Below, one piece after another: positions 1-9,471 of a stretch of DNA of 64,000 bases. The position numbers and the translations under genes were made by a program. This DNA comes from an uncultured Chloroflexia bacterium (GTDB taxonomy: Bacteria > Chloroflexota > Limnocylindria > Limnocylindrales > CSP1-4). Location: the NCBI GenBank assembly GCA_963736895.1, contig CAVTQU010000008.1, positions 324,345-388,344 of the forward strand. Direction: 5' to 3'. Every line of letters begins with the position of its first letter. Position 1 is the first letter of the stretch. Below the pieces are notes generated by a model. It was not told the DNA's origin and did not search any database. It saw only the letters and a program-made list of their open reading frames with translations.

Positions 1-1043
1 GGCTCTTCGTGCCGCTCGAGGCGGCGGCCAAGATGCGCGCCAGCTTCATCCTGCTCGGTCCGCTGCTCGCCCGTTTCGGCCGCGTAATCATGAGCAACCC
101 GGGTGGCGACCGGATCGGCCGCCGGCCGGTGAACCTGCACGTGGACGCGATGCGCGCCCTCGGCGCGGACATCGACTACCGCAACGGCTATTACTTCGCT
201 CGAACTTCCGGCCGCCTCCGCGGCGCCGAGATCGATTTCCCCAAGGTGACCGTCATGGGCACCGAGAACGCGATCCTTGCCGCCACCTTGGCCGAGGGCA
301 GGACCACCATCAAGCCGGCCGCCCAGGAGCCGGAGGTCGACGACCTGATCGTGATGCTCCAGAAGATGGGCGCCGAGGTCGAGCGCGTCGGGCCGGACAC
401 GATCGTGGTCGAGGGACAGCGCCGCCTGCGTGGCGTGGAGCACAACGTGCTGCCCGACCGCATCGAGGCAGGCACGTTCGTCGTTGCCGCGGCCGTGACC
501 GGCGGCGAGGTGATGCTCGAGTCGGCGCCATGCGACAACATGGGCGCCTTCCTCGAGGTCCTGTCGGACATCGGCGTGTCGCTGGCCTGTGGCAAGGACT
601 CGATCGAGGTGCGCAAAGGCAGTCGCGGGCCGGGCGAGTACGCGCCGCGCGACATCGAGACCGCGCCGTACCCGGGCCTCGCTACGGACCTGCAGCCGCC
701 GACGTCGGTGCTGCTCAGCCAGGCGGCGGGCACAAGCGCACTACACGAGACGATCTTCGAGGACCGCCTCGACTGGCTTCAGCAGTTCCGCCGCCTGGGC
801 GCGAATGTCGAGATGCAGGACGAGCGTCACGCGGCGATCACCGGGCCGTCGCAGCTCCATTCAGCAGAGGTGGAGATCGGCGACCTGCGCGCTGGCGCCT
901 CACTGATCCTCGGCGCACTGGCCGCCGAGGGCACGAGCATCATTCACGGCGCACACCACGTTCGGCGGGGGTATGAGAACATCGAGGGCAAGTTCCTGGA
1001 TCTTGGCGCGCAGATCGAACGTGTCTCCGAAGGGGCGGGCTAA
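1..1043 (+). CDS. murA: UDP-N-acetylglucosamine 1-carboxyvinyltransferase, 5'-truncated by window edge
   Basis: Frame of ORF 9..1043 is open to the window edge. The translation ([48 protein letters not shown]) reads as the C-terminal ~345 aa of MurA. Confidence 0.9.
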   Translation, partial: LFVPLEAAAKMRASFILLGPLLARFGRVIMSNPGGDRIGRRPVNLHVDAMRALGADIDYRNGYYFARTSGRLRGAEIDFPKVTVMGTENAILAATLAEGRTTIKPAAQEPEVDDLIVMLQKMGAEVERVGPDTIVVEGQRRLRGVEHNVLPDRIEAGTFVVAAAVTGGEVMLESAPCDNMGAFLEVLSDIGVSLACGKDSIEVRKGSRGPGEYAPRDIETAPYPGLATDLQPPTSVLLSQAAGTSALHETIFEDRLDWLQQFRRLGANVEMQDERHAAITGPSQLHSAEVEIGDLRAGASLILGALAAEGTSIIHGAHHVRRGYENIEGKFLDLGAQIERVSEGAG

Positions 1044-1051
1044 GGGGTTTC

Positions 1052-2041
1052 ATGAAGATCGGAATTGATCTCGGCACGGCCAACATCCTTGTCTACGTAA
1101 AAGGCAAGGGCATCGTTGCGCGCGAGCCATCGGTCGTCGCAGTGAGCGACGACAACCACATCGTGGCCGTCGGCGAAGAGGCCCGCGAGATGATCGGCCG
1201 CACGCCCGGCAATATCACGGCGATTCGGCCGATGAAGGACGGCGTGATCGCGGACTACGTCATCACCGAGGCGATGCTCCGTTATTTCATCAAGAAGGCC
1301 GGCCGATCCTTCACCAAGCCGGACGTGATGATCAGCGTGCCATCGGGCGTGACCAGCGTCGAGAAGCGCGCCGTGCGTGACGCCGCCCTGAAGGCAGGCG
1401 CCAAGGAAGCATTCCTGATTGAGGAACCGCTGGCCGCGGCGATTGGCGCCAATGTGCCGATCAGCGGGCCGAGCGGCAACCTGATCATCGACATCGGCGG
1501 TGGCACGAGCGAGATCGCAGTCATCTCGCTGGGCGGCGTTGTGGTGTCGCGGTCGGTGCGCGTCGGCGGCAACCGCTTCGACGAGGCGATCTCGAACTAC
1601 GTGCGCAAGAAGTACAACGTCATGATCGGCGACCGCACTGCCGAAGAGGTCAAGATCCAGATCGGCACAGCCCTGCCGCTCGAGCGCGAGCTGCACATGG
1701 AGGTGCGCGGCCGCGACCTCATCGCCGGCCTGCCGCGCACCGTGCCGCTCACCAGCTCCGAGGTCATGGAGGCGCTGGAGCAGCCTCTCCAGCAGATCGT
1801 CGGCGCCGTTCGTGGCGTGCTCGAGGAGACGCCACCTGAGCTGTCGAGCGACATCATCGACAAGGGCATGGTCATGTCCGGTGGCGGCTCGCTGCTGCGC
1901 AACATCGACAAGCTGCTCACCCAGGTCACCGGCGTGCCCTGCCACGTCGCCGAGAACGCTCTCAACTGCGTTGCCCTCGGAACCGGCTTGGCCCTCGAGC
2001 ACTTCGACTTCTTCAAGAAGTCACTCGTCCAGCGCATCTAG
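1052..2041 (+). CDS. mreB: rod shape-determining actin-like protein MreB
   Basis: [47 protein letters not shown] and [13 protein letters not shown] are the MreB/actin-fold motifs. AAGGGG lies just upstream of the ATG. Confidence 0.95.
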   Translation: MKIGIDLGTANILVYVKGKGIVAREPSVVAVSDDNHIVAVGEEAREMIGRTPGNITAIRPMKDGVIADYVITEAMLRYFIKKAGRSFTKPDVMISVPSGVTSVEKRAVRDAALKAGAKEAFLIEEPLAAAIGANVPISGPSGNLIIDIGGGTSEIAVISLGGVVVSRSVRVGGNRFDEAISNYVRKKYNVMIGDRTAEEVKIQIGTALPLERELHMEVRGRDLIAGLPRTVPLTSSEVMEALEQPLQQIVGAVRGVLEETPPELSSDIIDKGMVMSGGGSLLRNIDKLLTQVTGVPCHVAENALNCVALGTGLALEHFDFFKKSLVQRI

Positions 2042-2053
2042 ACGAGTTGACAG

Positions 2054-2785
2054 CTGAGCGACACCCTCTCGGATTCGCCCCAGGAAACCAGTAGCCGCTC
2101 GTTCGCGGACCTACATTGCCATACCAACGCATCGTTCGACTCGCTCAGCAAGCCGAGCGCAGTCGTGAATGCCGCCGCGCAAAGAGGGCTGACTCACCTC
2201 GCGATCACGGACCATGACCGCATTGAGGGCGCGCTGGCCGCACGCGACGCCGCGCCCGATCATCTGCAGGTGATCATCGGGCAGGAGGTGCGCACCACGA
2301 CGGGCGATCTCATCGCCCTGTACGTCGAGAAGCCAATTCCGCCGGGCCTTGTGCCCGCTGAGGCGGCATCCCGAATCCGCGAGCAGCACGGCATTGTTGG
2401 CATGGCGCATCCGTTCGACCGATTTCGGTCTGGTGCTGGTCGCAAGGGCTGGGAGACCGAGCTTGACGACCTGATTCCAATGCTCGACTTCGTGGAGACA
2501 TGGAACGCCCGCCTGTTCGCCGGTGACGGCAACCAGCAGGCTGCCGCGTTCGCCACTGCACACGCGCTGCCGGGGGTCGCTGTTTCGGATGCCCACAGCG
2601 TCATGGAGGTCGGCGTCGCCTACACGATCCTCGACGGGCCGATCGAGTCCGCGGCCGACCTCCGCGCGGCGCTGGCCGGCGCACGGCTCGTCACGGGACG
2701 TGGATCGCGACTCGTCCGACTGGGGATGCCCTTCAACAAGGTGATCCAGCGCCTGCGCGGCAACCGACGCGTGGCCAGCGCATGA
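2054..2785 (+). CDS. PHP-domain metal-dependent phosphoesterase (start uncertain)
   Basis: ORF track starts at 2165, but the same frame is open from 2051. It encodes FADLHCHTNASFDSLSKPS (PHP HxH metal motif) upstream of any ATG/GTG/TTG. Only CTG 2054 is available as a start. Confidence 0.6.
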   Translation: MSDTLSDSPQETSSRSFADLHCHTNASFDSLSKPSAVVNAAAQRGLTHLAITDHDRIEGALAARDAAPDHLQVIIGQEVRTTTGDLIALYVEKPIPPGLVPAEAASRIREQHGIVGMAHPFDRFRSGAGRKGWETELDDLIPMLDFVETWNARLFAGDGNQQAAAFATAHALPGVAVSDAHSVMEVGVAYTILDGPIESAADLRAALAGARLVTGRGSRLVRLGMPFNKVIQRLRGNRRVASA

Positions 2786-3886
2786 CGGACGAGAAGCCCA
2801 GCACGTCCTCGCCGGGTCAGCCGGATCCGGCCGACGAGATCATCGACTACCCGCTCGTCCACGAGGAATCCGAGCCGCCGCCGCCGTTGTCGCGGCGACT
2901 GCGCGACCCGCGGACGATCATCGCGATCGTCCTGCCGATCATCCTCCTGGTCTTCGTCGCGGCGACGTTCACGAGCATCAATCTCGATGCGCTGATAGCC
3001 AGCATCGCTGCCGCCAATCCGTGGCTCCTGCTGGCCGCGTTTGTCGTCTACTACCTGGGTTTTCCGTTGCGCGGCTATCGCTGGACGTTGTTGCTCCGGG
3101 GCGCAGGCACGGAGGTCCGTGTCCGCGATTCGACCGAGATCATCTTCATCAGCTGGCTCGTGAATTGCCTCGTCCCGGCAAAGCTGGGCGACGTTTACCG
3201 CGCCTACCTGCTGCGCCTGAACCAGGACGTGTCGCTGAGCCGGACGTTCGGAACCGTCTTCATTGAGCGCATCTTCGATCTCTTCGCGATTGTCCTGCTC
3301 GGGCTGGCGGCCGGCTATTGGAGCTTCCGCTCGACCATGCCGCCCGAGGTCCAGCTGGTATTCGCGATCGGATTGATCGTCATCGCCGTTCTGGCCGTCG
3401 GGCTCTTTTTCGTGCGTAACTTCGGGCGTCGGATCATCACCCGGTTGCCCTTTCCGGCCAGGATCGTCGAGTTCTACGAGCGCTTCGAGGAAGGCGTCTT
3501 CTCGATCGAGGCAGGCCGTGTCCCGCAGGCTGGCGATCGTTACCGCGCTGATCTGGGCGACCGAAGCGATGCGGCTGTACCTGGTCATCCTCGCGCTGGG
3601 CTTCGACTTCCCCATCGGCATCTCGGGCGCGTTCTTCGTCGCCCTCATCTCGTCCCTGCTCACAGCAATTCCGTTCACACCGGCCGGTCTCGGCATAGTC
3701 GAGGGCGGGGTCGTGTACATCCTTACCAGCCTGTATGGGGCAACGCCGACGGAGGCCGCCGCGATCGTGCTGGTAGACCGCGCGATCAGCGTCCTATCGA
3801 TCATCATCTTCGGCGGCATCGCCTACATCGTCTCGCCCAAGACGAGGGGTACGCGCAAACCGGCCGAGGTGCCCAGCCAGACCTAG
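2782..3886 (+). pseudogene. UPF0104 / flippase-like (LPG-synthase TM-domain family) membrane protein, one frame change
   Basis: 2782..~3510 (LRGYRWTLLLRGAG, PAKLGDVYRAYLL) and 3518..3886 (LLTAIPFTPAGLGIVEGG) are the N- and C-halves of one multi-TM protein in different frames. The junction is near 3480-3520. Confidence 0.7.
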
Positions 3887-3893
3887 GGCCCAC

Positions 3894-4427
3894 TCAGAAG
3901 TCGCTGGAAAACAAGAAAGCCGGTCCAATGACCGGCGTTCTTGTTGGGACGGGGCGCGAGCCGGCAATTCTGCCGGCGGTCTGATCTTCTAGTTCGCGGT
4001 TCGGCATCCGCGCTGCGAGCGCGGCGCGGACCTCCGTGCCTGGTCCTGTTACCTGGCCGTTCTGGCGTGCAGCCGCAAGACGGCGCATGCGCAGTGCGAG
4101 GTAGTACTCCATCACCTGGCGAACCTGTGGCTCGCTCAGGAGGTCGTCTGATCGGAGCGCGTACTCGACGCGAGCCGTGGGGTGGCTGGTCGAAGACTGA
4201 ACGAGCCCAAAGTAGTGGGGCGTTTCGGTCTCGTCACGCAGCTCACGCAAACCTCGCGCCAGCTTGGTGGCGGTGCCAAGCGAAGGAGTTCTGTCACCGC
4301 GGACAAGGCGCGAGATGGTCGAGTGATCGACACCCGACTGCTGCGCAAGCTGGCGCTGCGACATCTTCTTCGCCTTGAGCTGGGTCCTCAACCATTCGTT
4401 GAAGGCCCGCCCGTTCTGGACGCTCAT
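3894..4427 (-). CDS. XRE-family helix-turn-helix transcriptional regulator
   Basis: Within ORF 3894..4502, ATG 4427 gives MSVQNGRAFNEWLRTQLKAKKMSQRQLAQQSGVDHSTISRLVRG, a classic Cro/C1 HTH. Confidence 0.75.
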   Translation of the reverse strand: MSVQNGRAFNEWLRTQLKAKKMSQRQLAQQSGVDHSTISRLVRGDRTPSLGTATKLARGLRELRDETETPHYFGLVQSSTSHPTARVEYALRSDDLLSEPQVRQVMEYYLALRMRRLAAARQNGQVTGPGTEVRAALAARMPNRELEDQTAGRIAGSRPVPTRTPVIGPAFLFSSDF

Positions 4428-4572
4428 AACGGTTCCTAGGTTCTCCCGATGGCCGAGTGACAGATGCCCCCAAATCGGCGGCTTGTTGGGCGACATCGGC
4501 ATCTTCCGGTGCAGGTGCGTTGCTCGATATAGGCCCTTGGTACGGCCCCCTCGCGCACGACCGGGTTAACGA

Positions 4573-5550
4573 TCAGGGGGGCGCGGTCCTGGTGCGTGAA
4601 CCGCGTGCAGTGAACGCCTCTGGAGGCAGCTGAGGCAGGCTTTCGCCGGCAATGACCAGTCGCACTCGTTCGAGATTGACCGCGTCGTATCCGGTGTCCA
4701 TACCAGGCGTCTCGAGGTAGGTCGGCAGCGTTTTCAACCACGGGTGGTTGAGCAGCTCTGACATTCCGGTAACGCCGAGCTGTCCTGCGCCGATGTGCTC
4801 GTGGCGATCAAGCCGGGAACCGACTGACGTCCGCGAGTCGTTCAGGTGGAGCATAACGACTCTCTCGCGACCGAGTATTTCGTCGATTCGGGCCACCAGG
4901 TCGTCCACTCCGTCTGCATCGGCGATCCCGTAGCCGGCGCCCCACAGGTGAGCGGTATCGAGGCAAACCCCGAGCCTGTCCATCGGTAATCCTGCCGCGG
5001 CGCTGGCGCCGATGATGTCGGCGATGTCCTCGATCGACGAGCCGATGCCGTCGCCGGTGCCGGGCGCGTTCTCGAGCACCAGCATGGGCAGTGCGTCATT
5101 CTGCCCGCTCTCGCCCGCAGTCGATTCGTCGGCCACTGTCAGGGCATTGCGCATCCCCTCGACCATGCGGTCGATACCCTCCTGGCGCTCGAGACCGCGG
5201 TGCGAGCCGATGTGCATCACCACGAACGACGCGCCGTAGAGCGATCCGACATGGAGCTCATTGGCCACCGTTGCGATCGACTTGTGCCAGAAGTCCTCGT
5301 TGCCGCCGCACAGGTTGATGAGATACGGGGCGTGAATGGCCAGCGGGCCAATGCCCGCCGACTTGAGGGCCTCGCGAAACGCCTTCAGTGCCTTGGGCGG
5401 AGCCGCACGGCGTCGCCAGGCCGTGGGGTTGTCGGTGAATATCTGGACGGCGGTGGCGCCTATGCCCTTGGCTCGGTCGGCAGCCTTGAGCAGGCCCTGA
5501 CCAAGGGGCAGGTGTGGACCAATAAGCCGGCCATCGAGCGGTTCAGACAT
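4573..5550 (-). CDS. nfo: deoxyribonuclease IV (endonuclease IV, AP endonuclease family 2)
   Basis: Intact 325-aa ORF with IHAPYLINL, VMHIGSH, LENAPG, CLDTAHLWGAGY and HLNDS motifs. Confidence 0.9.
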   Translation of the reverse strand: MSEPLDGRLIGPHLPLGQGLLKAADRAKGIGATAVQIFTDNPTAWRRRAAPPKALKAFREALKSAGIGPLAIHAPYLINLCGGNEDFWHKSIATVANELHVGSLYGASFVVMHIGSHRGLERQEGIDRMVEGMRNALTVADESTAGESGQNDALPMLVLENAPGTGDGIGSSIEDIADIIGASAAAGLPMDRLGVCLDTAHLWGAGYGIADADGVDDLVARIDEILGRERVVMLHLNDSRTSVGSRLDRHEHIGAGQLGVTGMSELLNHPWLKTLPTYLETPGMDTGYDAVNLERVRLVIAGESLPQLPPEAFTARGSRTRTAPP

Positions 5551-5598
5551 TCGCCCCGATCGTATGCGTGGTTGCCCGATCGCGCCGCGGCCACCGAT

Positions 5599-5626
5599 TT
5601 GACCTCTGTCAAATTGATGCTAACGT
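5599..5626 (+). promoter_or_regulatory. candidate sigma-70-type promoter giving a leaderless transcript for the ArsR-family gene
   Basis: TTGACC (5599-5604), 16-nt spacer, TAACGT (5621-5626), then ATG at 5634 only 7 nt later with no SD. The spacer contains the palindrome TCAAATTGA (5609-5617). Confidence 0.4.
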
Positions 5627-5633
5627 ACGGCGA

Positions 5634-6272
5634 ATGATAGATCCCGAACTTCTGATTGCCCTCAAGGCCCTGTCGGACGCTTCACGTCTGCGGATCGTGG
5701 GCTTGCTGGCCGAAGGCAAGGAAATGTCCGTGGAACAGCTTGCTGCTGCCTTATCGCTCACCCCCGGCACCGTGGTGCACCATCTGAAGAAGTTGCGCGA
5801 GGCGGGGCTGGTCGAGTCGAAGGCACGACCGCCGTACATGGACTACCACCTGCGTATCGGCCGGCTGGGCGAGATTGGTGGGGAGCTCCATCGACTGGCG
5901 CGGGAGCAGTCCGGTGAGGTGAGCGAACCGATAGCCGCACCGTCATGGGCGAGTGCGGAGGACGCACGTACGCTGCGAGCGTTCTTCGAAGGCGACCAGC
6001 TGGTCAGCATGCCCGCACAACACGCCAAGCGCCTGATCATCCTCAGATACCTGGCCGAGACGGTGTTCGAACGAAAGCGCAAGTATCCGGAAAAGGAAGT
6101 CAACCAGTTGCTCGCCGTGCGCGGGGCGGATGCCGCCTCGCTGCGCCGCTACCTGGTGGACGAGGGGTTCATGACGCGCAAGAACAGCGTCTATCGCCTG
6201 CGACCGCGGCGGGACTGGCCTGCGCCGGTGGCTCAGCGCTCCCGCGCGAGGGTGAGCGCCGAAACCGCGTAG
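5634..6272 (+). CDS. ArsR-family HTH regulator fused to DUF2087
   Basis: LKALSDASRLRIVGLLAEGKEMSVEQLAAALSLTPGTVVHHLKKLREAGLV is an ArsR/SmtB wHTH. The C-terminal part (SMPAQHAKRLIILRYLAETVFERKRKYPEKEVNQLL) is DUF2087-like. ORF track start 5568 is probably an upstream extension. Confidence 0.8.
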   Translation: MIDPELLIALKALSDASRLRIVGLLAEGKEMSVEQLAAALSLTPGTVVHHLKKLREAGLVESKARPPYMDYHLRIGRLGEIGGELHRLAREQSGEVSEPIAAPSWASAEDARTLRAFFEGDQLVSMPAQHAKRLIILRYLAETVFERKRKYPEKEVNQLLAVRGADAASLRRYLVDEGFMTRKNSVYRLRPRRDWPAPVAQRSRARVSAETA

Positions 6273-6886
6273 GCGCCTGCCTCGTGGAGTGCCGCGGCGC
6301 AGCCCGCCAGCGTCGCGCCGCTCGTGACCACATCGTCGACGAGAACGATCCATCGTCCCTGCACGTCGGACAGGTGTCGCGGCGCGACGCCGAACGCGTG
6401 AGCCACGTTGCTTTGCCGCGCACTGCGTCCCAGCCGGTGCTGAGCCGTGGTGCGTGTTGCACGTTCCAGCGCGTAGACCACCGGGATCCCGAGAGATCTG
6501 CCGACGGCGCGCGCAAGCAACTCTGCCTGGTCGAAGCCACGGTCGCGGCGCTTCTGGGCGTGAACAGGCACCGGCACCAGCAGATCGCCGCCGATACCGG
6601 CGTGCCGCCAGCGCGCTGCCATGAGATCGGCGAGAGGAGCTACCAGGCGGCGCTCGCCGTCGTACTTGAGGGCGTGGACGCTCGCCCGAGCGGGGCCGTT
6701 GAACGACGAACACCATTCGAGCTGCACGATCCCCGCCGGTTGGTTGGAGGCCAGCCCGATGGGCACGCCCGCCGGCTCGTCAAGCCGTCGCGCCATGTGA
6801 GCGCGGCATCTTCGACAGAGGGGCTCGCCCTCCGTGCCGCATCCTGGGCAGGTGGGCGGTAAGAGGAGGTCTAGGACCTTTTGCAC
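6233..6886 (-). CDS. ComF-family (ComFC-like) phosphoribosyltransferase
   Basis: N-terminal Cys4 (CPGCG..CRRC) plus a PRTase motif (IVLVDDVVTSGATL). Confidence 0.8.
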   Translation of the reverse strand: MQKVLDLLLPPTCPGCGTEGEPLCRRCRAHMARRLDEPAGVPIGLASNQPAGIVQLEWCSSFNGPARASVHALKYDGERRLVAPLADLMAARWRHAGIGGDLLVPVPVHAQKRRDRGFDQAELLARAVGRSLGIPVVYALERATRTTAQHRLGRSARQSNVAHAFGVAPRHLSDVQGRWIVLVDDVVTSGATLAGCAAALHEAGAYAVSALTLARER

Positions 6887-8173
6887 TGGTCCAGCGTGAC
6901 ATCGGGGCCTCTCCGCAGACTTACCGCCTACTTATCATCGACTCGTGATGCGACGGTCATCAAACCGCCAGTCCTCTCAAGCGTGCTGACAGGCGCTAGT
7001 GAGAGGTCCTCGCGCTGGGCAGGTCCGGTCAGCACCGGCCTGGCGCTGCTCGGGCTTGCTGTGCTCGGCCTCGCCGTCACGATGTGGGTCGGCCGGTCAC
7101 CCGGCTGGGCGTACGACTTCCACGCCTACTACGACGCTGCCCTCCGGCTGATCTCGACCGGCTCGCCCTACCAGGCCGAGACGCTGAGCGGACCCTTCCG
7201 CCCCGGTCCCTACGGCCTCTATCTCTATTCGCCGCCGCTGGCAATGCTGTTCGTGCCCCTGACGTGGATCGGCGAGAACGCCGCCGTGACGACCTGGCTC
7301 GTCCTGCGTATCGGCCTGCTCGGTTTGACCTGCGCGCTGATGCCGGTGTCCAGGGCGATTCGCCTCGCCGCGTTTGGCGTTGCCGCACTGAGTGTCCCGT
7401 TTCTCTTCGATCTCAACCTGGGCAACGTCAGCCTGATAGTCACGTTCTTCGCAGTGGTCGCGTGGCGCTGGCTGGACAAGCCCATCGGTGCTGTCGCCGT
7501 GGCCGCGTCCATTGCGCTGCGGCCGACGATGGGACTCGTCGTTGGTTGGTGGCTTGTACGGGGCAAGTGGCGACCTGTCGCTTGGACGGCCCTTGCCGTC
7601 GCGCTCATCTTCGTGGCCACCTTGCCGTTCATCTCGCTCCGGCTGTGGTTTGACTACCTCGCCGTGCTGCGCAACGTGAGTGACGTCACCGGCGTCTTTC
7701 GCAACTTCGACCTTGGGTCGTCCGTGCTCCTGTTGGGCGGGCCGCCCTGGGCTGCGTCTGCGGCGCTCTACGCCGGCTACGCGATCGCCGGGGCCGCGAT
7801 GCTCTTCAGCTTGCGTCGTGACCGCGAGCTCAGCTACGTGGTAACCGTGATGGCGACCCTTCTTGTCGCGCCACTGCTCTGGGATCACTACCTGACGATG
7901 CTGCTGCTCCCCGCGGCATTCCTGGCCAGCCGTGGGCGCACGTGGGCGTTGCTGCTGCCGCTTCTGTGCTGGGCGCCCCAGCTCCTGGCGATGGTGTTCC
8001 CGTCGACGCGGGGTGTTGGCGAGGTCATGCTGCCGCTGGTGGCGCTGGCCGGGCTGCTGCTGCCGTTCGTAGCGCCGGCTCGAGGTGAGCCGGCAGGCAC
8101 TTTCCTGGATTACCTGCCCGGTCGGACTCGGCCTGGGCAGGAGGCGGACGCTATGAGGCCGGTTCGAGCCTGA
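6881..8173 (+). CDS. DUF2029 / GT87-like polytopic membrane glycosyltransferase
   Basis: Intact 430-aa ORF with about 10 hydrophobic segments. AYDFHAYYDAA and LYLYSPPLAMLFVPL are typical of the family. TTG start preceded by AGGAGG. Confidence 0.65.
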   Translation: MHWSSVTSGPLRRLTAYLSSTRDATVIKPPVLSSVLTGASERSSRWAGPVSTGLALLGLAVLGLAVTMWVGRSPGWAYDFHAYYDAALRLISTGSPYQAETLSGPFRPGPYGLYLYSPPLAMLFVPLTWIGENAAVTTWLVLRIGLLGLTCALMPVSRAIRLAAFGVAALSVPFLFDLNLGNVSLIVTFFAVVAWRWLDKPIGAVAVAASIALRPTMGLVVGWWLVRGKWRPVAWTALAVALIFVATLPFISLRLWFDYLAVLRNVSDVTGVFRNFDLGSSVLLLGGPPWAASAALYAGYAIAGAAMLFSLRRDRELSYVVTVMATLLVAPLLWDHYLTMLLLPAAFLASRGRTWALLLPLLCWAPQLLAMVFPSTRGVGEVMLPLVALAGLLLPFVAPARGEPAGTFLDYLPGRTRPGQEADAMRPVRA

Positions 8174-8519
8174 TGTAGTCCCCGCGCCGTAAGCCGGTCG
8201 CAGCCAGGCTGCCGGCAGGAACCTCCACGGCGCCGCGCGCGCCGCGCACCCACCACACGACGCCGCGCCACGGCGCGAGTCGTTCACGCGTGCCCACGAT
8301 CTCGCGTGTGCCGTCTGCGCGCGGCGCGCCAACGAACAGGCAGTCGATGGGGAAGCGCATGAAGAGCATGTGGATGGAGTTCGTCCCCGGCAGGAACAGG
8401 CCCTCGTCGGGACCAAGCGCCGCGCGGCCCATCAGGCCACGGAAGCGGGCCATGAACGAGGCGGCCACTGCAACGCGCCAGATGGCGGTTGCGCCGTCGA
8501 CGGTCTTCAGCTCGAGCAC
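8151..8519 (-). CDS. DUF192 domain protein
   Basis: ARFRGLMGR..GLFLPGTNSIHMLFMRFPID is the DUF192 signature. It is the last gene of the Tad block. Confidence 0.75.
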   Translation of the reverse strand: MLELKTVDGATAIWRVAVAASFMARFRGLMGRAALGPDEGLFLPGTNSIHMLFMRFPIDCLFVGAPRADGTREIVGTRERLAPWRGVVWWVRGARGAVEVPAGSLAATGLRRGDYIRLEPAS

Positions 8520-8544
8520 AGTCAGTCGAGGCTAGCGCAGTGCC

Positions 8545-9468
8545 TCAGCCGCCGGTGCTCATGTTGAGCGCGATGAGGATCACCGCCGGGCCAAGGATGA
8601 CGATGAACATCGACGGGAAGATGCAGCCGACGAGCGGGAACAGCATCTTGATCGGCGCCTTGGCCGCGAGCTCTTCCGCGCGCTGGCGGCGCTCGATGCG
8701 CAGCTGCTCGGACTGCACCTGCAGGACCTTGGCAATCGGCACGCCGAGCTGTTCGGCCTGGACGATGGCACCGATGAAGTTGGAAAGTGCGGGCACTTCG
8801 GTGCGGCCCACGATGTCGCGCAGCGCCTCGCGCCGAACCTTGCCGACACGGATCTCGGCGAGCGCCCGTCGGAACTCCTCCGACAGCGGCCCTGCCACCT
8901 TCTCGACGACCTTGGCTAGGGCACCGTCGAAGGACAGGCCGGCGCGAACGGAGATCGTCAGCAGGTCTAGCGTGTCTGGGACGGCCATGAGGACGTCGTG
9001 CTGGCGTTTCTTGATACGCCGGCTGAACCAGATCTCGGGAAGGAAGAAGCCCAGTGCGCCAAGGGCGATCGCGGCCACGAAGCCGAATGCCGGGCTGCCG
9101 GTCAGCAGGCCAGCGGCAAAGAAGCCGATCGACAGGATCGCGGCGACGACGAGCTTGAGGCCGAGGAAGTCGACCGTCCGGAGGTCGCCCGGGTTGCCCG
9201 CCATTGACAGGCGCTTCTCGGTTCGACTGACCTTCGATGGGCTTGCAAAACGCTGGGCGAGACCCGACAGGCGCGTGGCCAACGGGCGAAGCGTTCGTTC
9301 GAAGAGTGGCTGCTGGAGCTCGAGCTCCTCGAGAGTACGTGCCTGCATCGACCCGAGCTGCGAAAGGCGGGCCTGAACGGGATCGACCTGTCGCGACCCG
9401 GCGATGGCGTAGAAGACGATCAGTACGCCGATGCCCGCCAGCACCGCCATGAAAACCTGGAAGAGCAT
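8545..9468 (-). CDS. tadC: Tad pilus inner-membrane platform protein TadC (T2SS-F family)
   Basis: Intact 307 aa with a T2SSF domain (VPDTLDLLTISVRAGLSFDGAL, AKAPIKMLFPL). It follows tadB after a 3-nt gap. Confidence 0.85.
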   Translation of the reverse strand: MLFQVFMAVLAGIGVLIVFYAIAGSRQVDPVQARLSQLGSMQARTLEELELQQPLFERTLRPLATRLSGLAQRFASPSKVSRTEKRLSMAGNPGDLRTVDFLGLKLVVAAILSIGFFAAGLLTGSPAFGFVAAIALGALGFFLPEIWFSRRIKKRQHDVLMAVPDTLDLLTISVRAGLSFDGALAKVVEKVAGPLSEEFRRALAEIRVGKVRREALRDIVGRTEVPALSNFIGAIVQAEQLGVPIAKVLQVQSEQLRIERRQRAEELAAKAPIKMLFPLVGCIFPSMFIVILGPAVILIALNMSTGG

Positions 9469-9471
9469 CTC

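Noticed and set aside
2620-3819. 399-aa minus-strand ORF, and similar long ORFs at 7097..8416(-), 15448..16770(+), 5943..6716(-), 25299..26117(-), 58851..59645(-) and 44733..45872(-, distal part)
   Set aside because: They lie antisense or out of frame to genes with clear family signatures. Their translations are Arg/Pro/Gly/Ala-rich low-complexity strings typical of spurious ORFs in high-GC DNA.
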